From Histomonas meleagridis 2922-C6/04-290x (lineage: Eukaryota; Protista; Parabasalia), in NCBI GenBank assembly GCA_020184695.1, contig JAANOX010000232.1:62001-126000 (forward strand): 64,000 nucleotides of DNA, read 5' to 3'. Position numbers and translations under genes: made by a program. Position 1 is the first letter of the stretch; each line of letters begins with the position of its first letter. Positions 19,139-30,040 of this stretch are shown piece after piece. The notes under the pieces were generated by a model. It had not been told where the DNA came from. It ran no database searches and worked only from the letters and a program-made list of their open reading frames with translations.

Positions 19139-21376
19139 ATGTTTTTAAAACCTTTATTATTTCTATCAATTCATGAACAAAAAGATTTATTGACATATAC
19201 ATTTGATCAAAAACATATAAATAACTTTATAAATTCAATGATAATAAAAAATTATCGGAAATATTTAACACTGTTTGCACCAAAAATTATTTTTTGTCGA
19301 TATTTATTTTATCATTATTCATATACTTATGCATATTCGGCATTTTTGGTTGATATTTCTAATATTCATTCTTATAAAACATTTATTTTATATATATATT
19401 TCCTTATTTCTGTTCAGTTGTCATTTTTATTCTATAAAACTTATTTTATTGTTATAAAATCATTCATTTCTTTAAATAGTAATAAAAATAAAAATAATAT
19501 TATATATTTTCCTTTTATTTTTATATTATTTTTATTTTTTAAAAATACACTTGAAGAATATGATCAAAGTACAGATACACTTACTATAGCTACTTTACAT
19601 GATTATAATGATATAAAAAGTCATCCTGATGCAGGAAATTTAATAGTTGAAGGAAAAATCACTGAAATTCCATCTTCAGCTTTTCAAAGTATTTATAGTC
19701 TTGAAACAGTTTTAATTCGAGGTTCAGTTACGACAATTTCAGATAAAGCATTTTCCTATCTCCGTTCTCTTGCAACAGTTAACATTGAATCTAATTTAGA
19801 AACAATTGAAAATTATGTATTTTATCAATGCATTAATTTAGTAAGTGTAACACTTCCAAGTTCGATAACTTCTATTGGTGAATGTACATTTTCTTCTTGT
19901 TCTGCATTAACAAGTATTACATTACCAAACAATTTAATTAATATCAGCTCAAGTTTATTTCAATTTTCAGGTTTAGCCACAATTAATTTGGGACAAAATG
20001 TAGAAAGGATTGGGTATCTTGCATTTATGTATTGCAAGTCATTAGAAAGTGTTACATTACCAAACTCATTACTTATGATCGATTTTTATGCATTTTTTCT
20101 ATGCTTAAACTTAACATCTGTTAGATTTGGTGATAAAATTACTGAAATGTATATTGGTGTATTCGAATTATGCACTTCATTAGATAATGTAATACTTCCA
20201 AGTTCATTAACAACAATTTCCTATGAACTATTTGCTTTATGTTCTTCATTATCAAATATTACAATTCCTGATACCATTATAGAAATTTATGACTCTGCAT
20301 TTTATGGATGTAATTTTGTGTATTTTAATATTCATAAATCAGTTCAATATATAGGTGCACAAGTTTTTTGTAATTGTAGTAATCTTCAAAACATTAATGT
20401 TGCATCAGAAAATGAAAATTATTCCAATTATAATAACGATGGAGTTCTTTATAACAAAAATTTCACGACAATTATTATGTATCCAATTGGAAAAGACATT
20501 GAAACATTTAGAGTTCCAACAACAGTCGAAACAGTATGTAAAAGAGCATTTTATGGGTGTACTCATTTAGCAACAGTTTTCATATATAAAAATGTCAACA
20601 AAATCGAAAGTTATGCATTTGGCGATTGTACAAATTTGAAATGTATTTATTATTATGGTGAAATGGAACCAGAAACAGAATCAGATTCATTATCAGGAGT
20701 TGGAGCTACAACTGTTATAGTGATAAAGTCATATCAAAGCCAAAGTTTTGGTGGATTAAGTGTTAGTTCTTTAACAACAGAAGAATGCGCCATCATGCCA
20801 ACACTCGAATTTACTCAATCGAATACATATTCACAAAGTAATATATATTCTGAATCGAAAACATATTCACAAAGTAATACATATACTGAATCTAATACAT
20901 ATACGAATTTAAATTCAAATACATTTACAGTTTCATTTAATAGCGCTCTCACATATTCATACTCATTAATATTTACGAGTTTTATATCAGTTACAGAAAC
21001 AATTACAATGATTTCGAATATTGTATATACATATAACCAAGAATACACTTATACATCATATGTTTATTATGAATACTCAGTGTTATTTTATTCAACAAAT
21101 TATGTATTTTATTCTGCTTTCTATACAATGTTTCAGCAAGCAGAAAATTTATCTAACAACATTTCTAATGGTGAATTAATTGCAATTGTATGTTGTTCAG
21201 TTGCAATTCTTTTAATCATTTTTGGAGTTGTTATATTTATTATTCGTCGTACAAAGAAAGTAAAACAAAATTCATGTGAAAGTTATGATAAAGAAAATAA
21301 AGAAGAATATCAAAATGAATGTGTCGGTAACGAAATCAAATCACTAGTTCTAAAAGATGATGATCAATGGATATAA
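19139..21376 (+). CDS. BspA-like (TpLRR) type-I surface protein with long hydrophobic leader
   Basis: 23-aa LRRs (VTLPSSITSIGECTFSSCSAL), YSNYNNDGVLYNK..YP motif, PTLEFTQSNTYSQSN stalk, TM LIAIVCCSVAILLIIFGVVIFII and acidic tail DDDQWI. Confidence 0.9.
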   Translation: MFLKPLLFLSIHEQKDLLTYTFDQKHINNFINSMIIKNYRKYLTLFAPKIIFCRYLFYHYSYTYAYSAFLVDISNIHSYKTFILYIYFLISVQLSFLFYKTYFIVIKSFISLNSNKNKNNIIYFPFIFILFLFFKNTLEEYDQSTDTLTIATLHDYNDIKSHPDAGNLIVEGKITEIPSSAFQSIYSLETVLIRGSVTTISDKAFSYLRSLATVNIESNLETIENYVFYQCINLVSVTLPSSITSIGECTFSSCSALTSITLPNNLINISSSLFQFSGLATINLGQNVERIGYLAFMYCKSLESVTLPNSLLMIDFYAFFLCLNLTSVRFGDKITEMYIGVFELCTSLDNVILPSSLTTISYELFALCSSLSNITIPDTIIEIYDSAFYGCNFVYFNIHKSVQYIGAQVFCNCSNLQNINVASENENYSNYNNDGVLYNKNFTTIIMYPIGKDIETFRVPTTVETVCKRAFYGCTHLATVFIYKNVNKIESYAFGDCTNLKCIYYYGEMEPETESDSLSGVGATTVIVIKSYQSQSFGGLSVSSLTTEECAIMPTLEFTQSNTYSQSNIYSESKTYSQSNTYTESNTYTNLNSNTFTVSFNSALTYSYSLIFTSFISVTETITMISNIVYTYNQEYTYTSYVYYEYSVLFYSTNYVFYSAFYTMFQQAENLSNNISNGELIAIVCCSVAILLIIFGVVIFIIRRTKKVKQNSCESYDKENKEEYQNECVGNEIKSLVLKDDDQWI

Positions 21377-21858
21377 TATAAAATCTTGCAAAATAATTTT
21401 CATAATAAAAAAATATACAATTTATATATATATATATTTTGAAAAAATATTTTAATTTTTATTCATATTCATATTATGTTTTGCCTTTCTAAAAAAGTGA
21501 TATATGAATAATGTAAATCGATTAATATTTATGAATGAAATCTTTTAATTTTGTACAATTAATAAATATATATTTTTAGATATTGAAATAAATAAAAATA
21601 CAAAAAAGATCGACTTGAGAGAAAAATTATATACTAAATAAAAGTGGTACTTTTTATTTCATTGCACTCTCTTAAAAAATATATAAAATAAACAAATACA
21701 ATGCTTTCTAATTCTGAAATATATTTGCATTAAAGCAAGTTACATCTAATGCAAATCTTGAATTTAGGATCAAATTATTATTTTGATCACTGCATTATAA
21801 TTATAATGAAAACAAAAATAAAAAGTAAAATAACATTTATTAAAACAAAAAACGCAAA

Positions 21859-24800
21859 TTAAAAAAGAGTCGTAAAATGATAAGTGTCACTTCTGCTTTG
21901 CATATCATTTTCATTATCATTGAGTATATTTATGAGTATTTTATTATCTTCTTCCAAAATCTTTACTAAATTTGTAATTTCTTCTTTTTGCATATTATTT
22001 GATAATATTTTCATTGCATCCGAAAAAATTTTCTTTTGTTGAATCAAAAAATCATTTAATTCCATATTTTCCATTTGCAAATATTTTATCGCTGAAATTA
22101 TATCTTCGTGCGATTTGATCTTATATTTAAAACATTCGAAAATTTCTTTGTATGTATTTTCATATTTACACAATAAATTTCTTTGATTTGATATTTTTTC
22201 ATTTTGTTCAGAAATGATTTGTTGTTTATGTACATTTTCGTTATGAACTTTTTTGCTTAATAAATTCATTTGCTTCAGTTTCTTATTTAACACAACATTT
22301 TCGTTGCGAAATTTAGAAATACTTTCGTTCAGTTTTTGTTCTTTATTTAATATCTCGTTTTTTAGTTCATTGATTAAAATTTGATTTTTGTTATTAAGTT
22401 TTTTTATGTTTTCATTTTCATTGATAATGTTTCGAAGTTTCGAAGTTAAATGCGTTAAATCATTTGTTTTAATGATTGAAGTTATGTCCGAAAGTACATT
22501 TAAGTTATTTCGAATAAACTCAAAAATATTTGTATTGTTTATATCAAATTTTTCTTTAATATAATGAAACAAATTATCAATGTTCGCTTTATTAGTTATT
22601 AATAATGTTAAAACATTTGACATTTGTTTTGTGTTTGAAGTGTTTAATTGTTTCTGTACATTACTTAATGAATCAAAAGTGTTTCTTATTGTTTGTTTGA
22701 TATCGTTTTGATTTGTGTTCCAAATGTTACAAATGTCATTTAATGTTTCATTGATATATTCTATATGTGGATATATTTCATGTTTATTGCAGTTTAATAG
22801 TTTTGCTATTTGTGTTATAATATTTTCATTTATTGTTATATTATTAATAATCGATTTCTGCTTTGCTTCGAATGAATTTTCTTTAATGTTTAATAATTTA
22901 CAAATATCGTTGTAATGTTTTCTGAATTTGTTATTTTCTACTAAAATTTTATTGTTCAATTTCATATGTTTTCGTACTTCATTAATAGGATCAGAAGTTT
23001 TGTCGAGATGCATAATCGAAATTATTTGCTCTAATGGCCTTTGGGCTTTATTTTGATCAAAATCAAATACTAATTGATGAGAATATGAAAGTTCTTTCGA
23101 TGCTATATCATCATGTTTTCCATTATTATTAAGATGGCTTTTCTTATTGTTTATATCTCCTACTAAAGGATCAATGTTTCCTTTAGTATGCACTGAAAGT
23201 TTCTTCTTTAATTCATTGTTTTCTTTAATTAGTTTTTCTTGTTTTTGTTTTTCGATTTCATCCAACTTTAATTTTAATTTATTGTTTTCTTCTTTGATCC
23301 TTTCACTCTTTGCATTGTCATTTAATAAATTTTCATTTTCTTTAGTTAGTTCTGAGAGTTTTGCTTTTAATTCATTGTTTTCTTTGGTTAGTTTTTCTTC
23401 TTCATCAATTTTTTCTTGTTTTTGTTTTTCGATTTCATCCAACTTTAATTTTAATTTATTGTTTTCTTCTTTGATCCTTTCACTCTTTGCATTGTCATTT
23501 AATAAATTTTCATTTTCTTTAGTTAGTTCTGAGAGTTTTGCTTTTAATTCATTGTTTTCTTTGGTTAGTTTTTCTTCTTCATCAATTTTTTCTTGTTTTT
23601 GTTTTTCGAATTCATTCAACTTTAATTTCAATTTATTGCTTTCTTCTTTAATACTATCACAATTTGCTTTGACATTTAATAAATTTTCATTTTCTTCTGT
23701 TAATCCAGAAAGTTTTGCTTTAATTTCTTGGTTTTCTTTGATAAGTTTTTCTTCATTAATAATTTTTATTTGATTTTGTTTTTCTGCTTCTTCTAACTTT
23801 AATTTTAAGTTATCATTTTCAACTTTAAAGGAATTTAATTGTTTATTTCCTTCATCTAAACAAGTTGATAATTGTTTTTGCAGTTTATCATTTTCAGCCA
23901 AAATGTTTTCATTTTCTTTTGTTAATTTAATATTCTCTTTAAGTAATTTTTCTTCTTCATTATTATTTATCAAATTTTGATTTTCCATTTCTTCTAACTT
24001 TTGCTTTAAATCATTATTTTGTTGATTTTCCTCTGTTATTTTGGACTGAATATTTGATAATTTTTTCTTCAAATTATCAGTGTCATTTAATAAATTTTCA
24101 TTTTCTTTCGTTAACTCTGAAAGTTTTGCTTTTAATTCCTTATTTTCTTTATTTAATTTTTCCTCATTAATATTTTTCATTTGATTTTGTTTTTCTGTTT
24201 CTTCCAACTTTTGCTTTAAAGTATCGTTTTCCCCTTCAATAAAATCTTTTTGTAAATTTCCTTCTTCTAAAGTAGTTTGTAAATTTGTTAATTGTTTTTT
24301 CAAATTGTTATTATCTTCTAATAATTTCTGATTTTCTTCAGTTAAATTTGAAATATTTACATTTAATTCTTGATTTTCTTTAATTAGTTTTTCATCTTCT
24401 TCAATTTTTTGTTTGAGCTCTTTTATTTGTTTATTTTCTTCTGCTTCTATTTCAGATAATTGCCTTCGTAAGTTATCATTTTCTAATGACAGATCATTGT
24501 TTCCTTTTGTTAAATCAGAAATTTTATTATTTAATTCATTGTTTTTTATTTGATTTTGTTTTTCTGTTTCTTCCAACTTTTGCTTTAAAGATTTATTTTC
24601 ATTTTCAACAATTTCTTTTTGTGAATTTTCTTTTTCTAAATTGTTCTGATTAATTTTTAATTGTTTCTCTAATTTATCATTTTCTTTCACTAAATTCTGA
24701 TTTTCTTTAGTCAAATCTGAAAGTTTTGTATTTAGTTCTTTAATTAATTTTTCCTTTTTATCATTTTCCATTTGCGCTTGTTCTAAATTTACCTTTAACG

Positions 24801-26073
24801 AATTAATTTGTTCATTAGAATTTTCAAGTTCCTTTAAGTAATTTTTCTTTTCTGTTATCCATTTATCCATTTTGCTTTCTAATTGTTGAATAGAACTATT
24901 TTGTTCATCGAATAATTCTTCTGATTGAAACTGCTCTGTAAAGTCATTATTTTCTATTTCGATTTTTTCTATTATTTTCTTATATTCATTGATTTGTTGT
25001 TTTAGTTTCATACTATCATCTTTAGATTCATTTAACAGATCATTAATTTCTTCATTCTTTTTTATAATTTCGGAGTTTTGTTCTTCAAATTCCTTATTTT
25101 TATATAACAAATTACCAATTTCATTCGGTATTTGTGATACTGAATTTACATTAAGTAAATTTTGTATTTCATTTAGTTGTTGTTGAAGTAAATCTTTTTG
25201 TTTCATTGTTTTCTTAAGCGCCGATTTTAATTTACGTATTTCCGAAAGATTTCGTTCTGTTTGATACTCAGAACCTTTTACATTACTTAAATCAAGTTCA
25301 TCAGAAATCATGTTTTGCATTAGTTGCATTTTCTTTTCGAGTTCTTTGATTTGGAAATCTTTTTCATTAAAAATTTTTTTGATTTTTTCTGTTGATTTGT
25401 CTTTTAATGTAACTGTTTCGTCATTGATTTTCGTTATTGAACTCGGTAATTCTTCTTCTTCATTGATGTCACTAATACCTAACATACTACAAATTGTTTT
25501 ATGTTGTTCTTCAAGTTCTTGAATGTGTTTATCTTTTGAGTCTATTTTCGCATTGAGATCTTTGATTTGGTTTTCAATTGATTTGTTTTGTGACTCTTCG
25601 TTTGTTTTAAATTTTAATGAATTAATTATTGCTGATGGTGATGAATCGCTTAATTTTAATATGTTACATATTTGTGCTTTAAGAGATGAATATTCTAATA
25701 ACTTTGTTTGCATTTTCCATATTTCTTCAGGAAGTAATGAAGAATCGGAATTACTTGGAAATGCTTGTTGCATTTTTTCAAGTAATAAAAATTTATCATT
25801 TGCAGCTTGGATGAGATCTTTTAATGATATATGAAGGATTTCTGGCTGTACACCAAAAAAATTTGAAATTAACTTAAATTCTTCTTGATATGCTTTTTTC
25901 TGTTTTTGATATATACTAAGTTGTTTATTCATTTCGTTTATGTAATCCTTCATCTTTTTATATTCTTTTTGTTGTATTAATAATTGTTTAATTTTTGCAC
26001 GTAATTCTTCAATACTTTCTTCCTTTATTAAAGAGTCATCCGAATCATCCGTATTATTGATGATTCGGTTCAT
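21859..26073 (-). CDS. 1404-aa coiled-coil (myosin-tail/viral A-type inclusion-like) protein
   Basis: Continuous E/K/N-rich heptad ORF containing a near-exact 59-aa internal duplication. Confidence 0.82.
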   Translation of the reverse strand: MNRIINNTDDSDDSLIKEESIEELRAKIKQLLIQQKEYKKMKDYINEMNKQLSIYQKQKKAYQEEFKLISNFFGVQPEILHISLKDLIQAANDKFLLLEKMQQAFPSNSDSSLLPEEIWKMQTKLLEYSSLKAQICNILKLSDSSPSAIINSLKFKTNEESQNKSIENQIKDLNAKIDSKDKHIQELEEQHKTICSMLGISDINEEEELPSSITKINDETVTLKDKSTEKIKKIFNEKDFQIKELEKKMQLMQNMISDELDLSNVKGSEYQTERNLSEIRKLKSALKKTMKQKDLLQQQLNEIQNLLNVNSVSQIPNEIGNLLYKNKEFEEQNSEIIKKNEEINDLLNESKDDSMKLKQQINEYKKIIEKIEIENNDFTEQFQSEELFDEQNSSIQQLESKMDKWITEKKNYLKELENSNEQINSLKVNLEQAQMENDKKEKLIKELNTKLSDLTKENQNLVKENDKLEKQLKINQNNLEKENSQKEIVENENKSLKQKLEETEKQNQIKNNELNNKISDLTKGNNDLSLENDNLRRQLSEIEAEENKQIKELKQKIEEDEKLIKENQELNVNISNLTEENQKLLEDNNNLKKQLTNLQTTLEEGNLQKDFIEGENDTLKQKLEETEKQNQMKNINEEKLNKENKELKAKLSELTKENENLLNDTDNLKKKLSNIQSKITEENQQNNDLKQKLEEMENQNLINNNEEEKLLKENIKLTKENENILAENDKLQKQLSTCLDEGNKQLNSFKVENDNLKLKLEEAEKQNQIKIINEEKLIKENQEIKAKLSGLTEENENLLNVKANCDSIKEESNKLKLKLNEFEKQKQEKIDEEEKLTKENNELKAKLSELTKENENLLNDNAKSERIKEENNKLKLKLDEIEKQKQEKIDEEEKLTKENNELKAKLSELTKENENLLNDNAKSERIKEENNKLKLKLDEIEKQKQEKLIKENNELKKKLSVHTKGNIDPLVGDINNKKSHLNNNGKHDDIASKELSYSHQLVFDFDQNKAQRPLEQIISIMHLDKTSDPINEVRKHMKLNNKILVENNKFRKHYNDICKLLNIKENSFEAKQKSIINNITINENIITQIAKLLNCNKHEIYPHIEYINETLNDICNIWNTNQNDIKQTIRNTFDSLSNVQKQLNTSNTKQMSNVLTLLITNKANIDNLFHYIKEKFDINNTNIFEFIRNNLNVLSDITSIIKTNDLTHLTSKLRNIINENENIKKLNNKNQILINELKNEILNKEQKLNESISKFRNENVVLNKKLKQMNLLSKKVHNENVHKQQIISEQNEKISNQRNLLCKYENTYKEIFECFKYKIKSHEDIISAIKYLQMENMELNDFLIQQKKIFSDAMKILSNNMQKEEITNLVKILEEDNKILINILNDNENDMQSRSDTYHFTTLF
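23234..23600 (-). repeat. 177-bp coding tandem repeat (about 2 exact copies plus degenerate neighbours)
   Basis: GATTTCA at 23254 and 23431; unit KQKQEKIDEEEKLTKENNELKAKLSELTKENENLLNDNAKSERIKEENNKLKLKLDEIE. Confidence 0.85.
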
Positions 26074-26120
26074 TTCTTCTTTGGCGCGTTTTCGATTGGG
26101 AAATTTAACGTTCTCCTATG

Positions 26121-26125
26121 TCACT
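26121..26125 (+). promoter_or_regulatory. Parabasalid-type initiator (Inr) TCACT
   Basis: TGTCACTTTTCT with TCACT starting 21 nt upstream of the PRMT ATG. The same TGTCACTTTT occurs at 16728-16737 upstream of the 16782 gene. Confidence 0.6.
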
Positions 26126-26141
26126 TTTCTAAGCGATTTCA

Positions 26142-27122
26142 ATGATGGCCAATCAAGACAAAACACGAGATAATTATTATTTTGATAGCTATGCGCACAT
26201 TGGTATTCACGAAGACATGCTTAAAGACAAAGTACGTACTCTATCATATCGAGATGCTGTTTTCAAAAATCCTTCATTAATTCAAGGTAAAGTTGTGCTT
26301 GATGTTGGATGTGGTACAGGTATTCTCTCTATGTTTGCAGCCACTGCAGGTGCTAGAAAAGTTTATGGTGTTGAAAAGTCAGGTATTGTTGATTTTGCAA
26401 GACAAATTATTGAAGAAAATAATCTTCAAGATAAAATCACAATTCTTCAAGGCTCAATAGAAGAAATAACTATACCCGAAAAAGTTGATGTTATCATAAG
26501 TGAATGGATGGGTTATGCTCTTCTTTATGAATCTATGCTTCCCAGTGTTATTCTAGCTCGTGACAGATTTATGTCTCCCACAGGTACTATGTTTCCATCT
26601 CGTGCCACCATGTATTTTGTTGCTTTTGAAGATTCCGAATATCGCCAAAAGAAATTTGATTTTTGGGACAATGTTTATGGCCTTAATTTTTCACCAATTA
26701 AACATTGGGCATTGTTAGAGCCACTTGTTGACAATGTTCCACAAGATAACATTTTGACTGACACAGCTGTCATCGCCAATTTCAACCTTAACACTGTGCA
26801 AGCGCATGAACTAATTGTAAATTCCGACTTCGAACTTCATGTTTCATCTGACGGAACTGTTCATGCGTTTGCGATTTGGTTCAGCGTTGTGTTTGATGGC
26901 GGTGACGTTGATGTTGTTTTGACAACATCTCCGTATGAGACATCTACGCATTGGTGTCAATCATTGTTTTATGTTGAGACACCACAAGAAACGAAAAAAG
27001 GCGATGTCATAAAAGGGCACATAGACATGAGGCCTAACGAAGCAAACTTTAGAGATCAGGATTTGCTGATCACATATACTATTGGAGAAAATACTTTTTC
27101 ACAGCCATACAAAATGAGATAG
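26142..27122 (+). CDS. PRMT1: Type I protein arginine methyltransferase (PRMT1-like)
   Basis: YYFDSYAHIGIHEDMLKDKVRT, VLDVGCGTGILSMF, VDVIISEWMGY, THW loop. Confidence 0.93.
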   Translation: MMANQDKTRDNYYFDSYAHIGIHEDMLKDKVRTLSYRDAVFKNPSLIQGKVVLDVGCGTGILSMFAATAGARKVYGVEKSGIVDFARQIIEENNLQDKITILQGSIEEITIPEKVDVIISEWMGYALLYESMLPSVILARDRFMSPTGTMFPSRATMYFVAFEDSEYRQKKFDFWDNVYGLNFSPIKHWALLEPLVDNVPQDNILTDTAVIANFNLNTVQAHELIVNSDFELHVSSDGTVHAFAIWFSVVFDGGDVDVVLTTSPYETSTHWCQSLFYVETPQETKKGDVIKGHIDMRPNEANFRDQDLLITYTIGENTFSQPYKMR

Positions 27123-27712
27123 AAATAAAACAAAATGCTTTTTAATAAATATCAGTAACTATACTAATTGCTAAAATGTTCTTTTCTTTGTTTAAGTTTC
27201 GACTAAAGAAACGATCAAGCTTCACTTTTTGAATAGATGGAAAAAAACAACATTTTTCATTTTATTTACTCGAAAAAATCATTGATAAATAGAAACAAAT
27301 TTTCACATCTTAATCAGCCAACAAATTGTCAATGAAATTACAAATAGATTAGATCGAAAAAATTTCCATTATTTTGTATGATCGTCGAACAGTCAATTTT
27401 CAATGGAGGGCGTTTATTAAATAACGGCAAAAAGTGAAAAGAGAACTCACTTCTTTCTCATGAGTGTGGAGTGAGGTAATTCATCATTTTTTTTAATAAT
27501 AGACGGCAATTGTTGTTTACCAATGGTTATCAATCAGATTATATCTAATCATTTTATTTAATTAACATTATAAAAAAAATGAGCTTAACCCGACTTAGAT
27601 ACACAATCACTTGCAGCAACACTTATAGTACAGCATTAAAAACCCTTAAATTTTATGACATTTTTACTCAAATTATTTTTTATATTTTTTATTATAATCA
27701 AACTATCAAATT

Positions 27713-28756
27713 TTATGGCGTCACCAATAGTCCCAATCCTTGTTCCAACAAACCCATTCTCGAAATAGGCAACATTTTAATTCCATTAAACAATACTGTG
27801 AATGGAGCTGGCCTTCCAGTGAATGGACAAACGGAGTCAACCTTATCAACTTTCTCGCACATTGGGAACAATTCCATTATTTCATTATAAGGTTCTTGAT
27901 TTGCATCACTATCTAATGCAGATACAATAATAAGTTTTCCTTTGTTTGCCATGTCGTCTGCCCACTGTGCTAAGCCCGAAAAACGTTGTGCTTCATCAAT
28001 TCCAATGATTTGATACTTTTCAAGAGATTCAAAACTTGGAAGTTCAGTTGTACAAATACTGTCATATTTGATCTGACGATTAATTGGATGGCCTTCAGGA
28101 TGGCGAATAAGTAATGGAGAACGGCCTGCAATGTTATGGCGTGTAAGAATGCTTAAGAGTTCTGTGGTTTTACCAGATTGAATAGGGCCGATGATAAGAT
28201 GAATCTTTCCGCTGGTTTTGATGGAGAAATATGAAGAACGTGATGCTGCACGATACATTTCCGCACCACCAATCAGTTCAATGTCATCAGATTTAACAAG
28301 ACGTTGTGAAAATGGAGCTTTCTTCCCAGTGATGGTACAAACAGCAGATAGCTTTTTGATGGATTCACATTTGGAGATTAAACGAAGAATTTGTCCAAAA
28401 GGTTTTCGTTGAAAAGTACCGTCAAGTGCTGCTATGATAACGCGTTTGCCTTGGTTAGCAAGTTCTTGTGAGAACTCGACAATGTCAGGGAAAAATTGGC
28501 CTTCATCAATGCCAATAACTTCATACTTAAGACATGTGCTATAAGTATCCATAAGTAAGCAGCAAGGAACAGCTTTGTGCATTTGTAAATCATGGGTAGA
28601 TACTTTGTCGACTGAGTATCTTTTGTCTTTGCTGTATTTCAAAACAATGCAACGTAACTTAGCAAGCTCTGCTCGCTCAATACGGCGAAGCATTTCGGTC
28701 GACTTGCCAGCAAACATTGGTCCTAAGATAAGTTCGATGCTTCCTTGGAAAGACAT
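27713..28756 (-). CDS. Thymidine kinase (TK1-type) with two tandem TK domains
   Basis: Domain 1: GPMFAGKSTE..IGIDEGQFF..AALDGTFQRKPF. Domain 2: GPIQSGKTTE..IGIDEAQRF..SALDSDANQEPY. Confidence 0.9.
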   Translation of the reverse strand: MSFQGSIELILGPMFAGKSTEMLRRIERAELAKLRCIVLKYSKDKRYSVDKVSTHDLQMHKAVPCCLLMDTYSTCLKYEVIGIDEGQFFPDIVEFSQELANQGKRVIIAALDGTFQRKPFGQILRLISKCESIKKLSAVCTITGKKAPFSQRLVKSDDIELIGGAEMYRAASRSSYFSIKTSGKIHLIIGPIQSGKTTELLSILTRHNIAGRSPLLIRHPEGHPINRQIKYDSICTTELPSFESLEKYQIIGIDEAQRFSGLAQWADDMANKGKLIIVSALDSDANQEPYNEIMELFPMCEKVDKVDSVCPFTGRPAPFTVLFNGIKMLPISRMGLLEQGLGLLVTP

Positions 28757-28773
28757 GAATCAACTGAAATGAT

Positions 28774-28796
28774 GGCGGGAATTTTTACCGCGGAAA
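28774..28796 (-). promoter_or_regulatory. E2F-like sites upstream of thymidine kinase
   Basis: Minus-strand ATTCCCGCC (plus GGCGGGAAT, 28774-28782) and TTTCCGCG (28789-28796), 18-40 bp before the ATG. Confidence 0.55.
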
Positions 28797-29555
28797 GTTG
28801 GGGAATGAAAAAGTGCATCATGAATTAAGTGCATTTTGATCGTAGTCATCATTTTTTCAGCTGAATACAATTTCTAAGCACACAATTTTGTGATAAACCG
28901 GAATTTAAGATTTATCTAAAAACATAAATATCTTTAAAAATAGAAGAAAATATGTTATTATATTAGAAAAGAATTGTGAAAATATGATATTAAATTTAAT
29001 TAATTAATAAAAATTATGGGACAACAATCGAAACATTGATAAATTTGTTTAAGTTTTTGTGAACGCATTGAATTCATAACGGCTTAGAGGGGAACTTCAC
29101 TCGAGTGAAACTTTTTGAGTCGATTTGACGTTAAGATAAAAGCTTCTTACGTTTGGACGAATTGGTTGGCGCTTATTTTTAAGGTTGTGACGAATCTTTT
29201 AAATTTTTTCGCATTTAGATTCGATTGTGAAAAGTGCTCTTTCTTGTGAACAAGAATAATTCAAAAGTATTTTTCAAGAATATCTACATTTTTAATCAGT
29301 TAGTTATTTCAAAAATAATATAGAAAAAAAATGAGGTTAATTGATGGCTGGTTCTTTTTTTTTGTTTTTTGTTTTTTTTTTATTAATCAATATTTTAAAA
29401 ATAATGATTTTCGGGTTTTTAAGAATAGCTGTTAATTGCATTAAAGTATTTCATTTGGATATCGTTATTATATAGATGCTATTTCCCAATTTTTATTGGT
29501 CATCCAAAATTGTTTCTAAACTTTGAATTTTTCATTTCTTAAAAAAGAAAAAAAA

Positions 29556-29637
29556 CGACACGAACCAGATTCGAACTGATGAGGGATAAACCCATAGGGA
29601 CTCAAATCCTACGCCTTAACCACTCGGCCATCGTGCC
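29556..29637 (-). tRNA. tRNA-Ser (anticodon UGA), type II, atypical anticodon arm
   Basis: GGCACGA TG GCC GAGTGGTTAA GGC G TAGGA TTTGAGT CCCTA [variable arm GGG-TTTAT-CCC] ATCAG TTCGAAT CTGGT TCGTGTC G, followed by oligo-T (Pol III terminator). G73 and long variable arm are Ser identity features. Confidence 0.85.
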
Positions 29638-30040
29638 TCCCAATTTTTTTCAAAAATGGAATTAATTTATTGACTTTCAAAAGATATGTGCATAATAAAA
29701 TTATTATTATTTTTATATAAGATCCTTTTTTATATTGAAAATCCATTTCAATCATTAAAAATTTATTCGAAATATATTTTCAAACTCAAAAAGCTGGTAA
29801 AACTGAGATATCAAAATAATTAAATTTAGTTTATTGAAATGATTTCTAAATATGAGATCATTTAATTCATAAATTATTTTAGCAAAGGATTTTATTATTT
29901 AAACTTAGTTTATTTCTGAAAATTTATAATAACTCATAATATATTTTTTTGAGGAAAATTGGAATAAAATATAATTCTTCTTAAATTACTCAATTTTTTA
30001 ATGGTTTTAAAATCAGATCTGTATCAAATAGCTGGTTTAC

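Noticed and set aside
17620-25834. F/S/L/I-rich antisense ORFs over the coiled-coil genes
   Set aside because: Expected shadows of K/E/N-rich low-complexity coding sequence.
29096-29109. 14-bp palindrome TTCACTCGAGTGAA
   Set aside because: Palindromes of this length are expected by chance in 64 kb; there is no supporting context.
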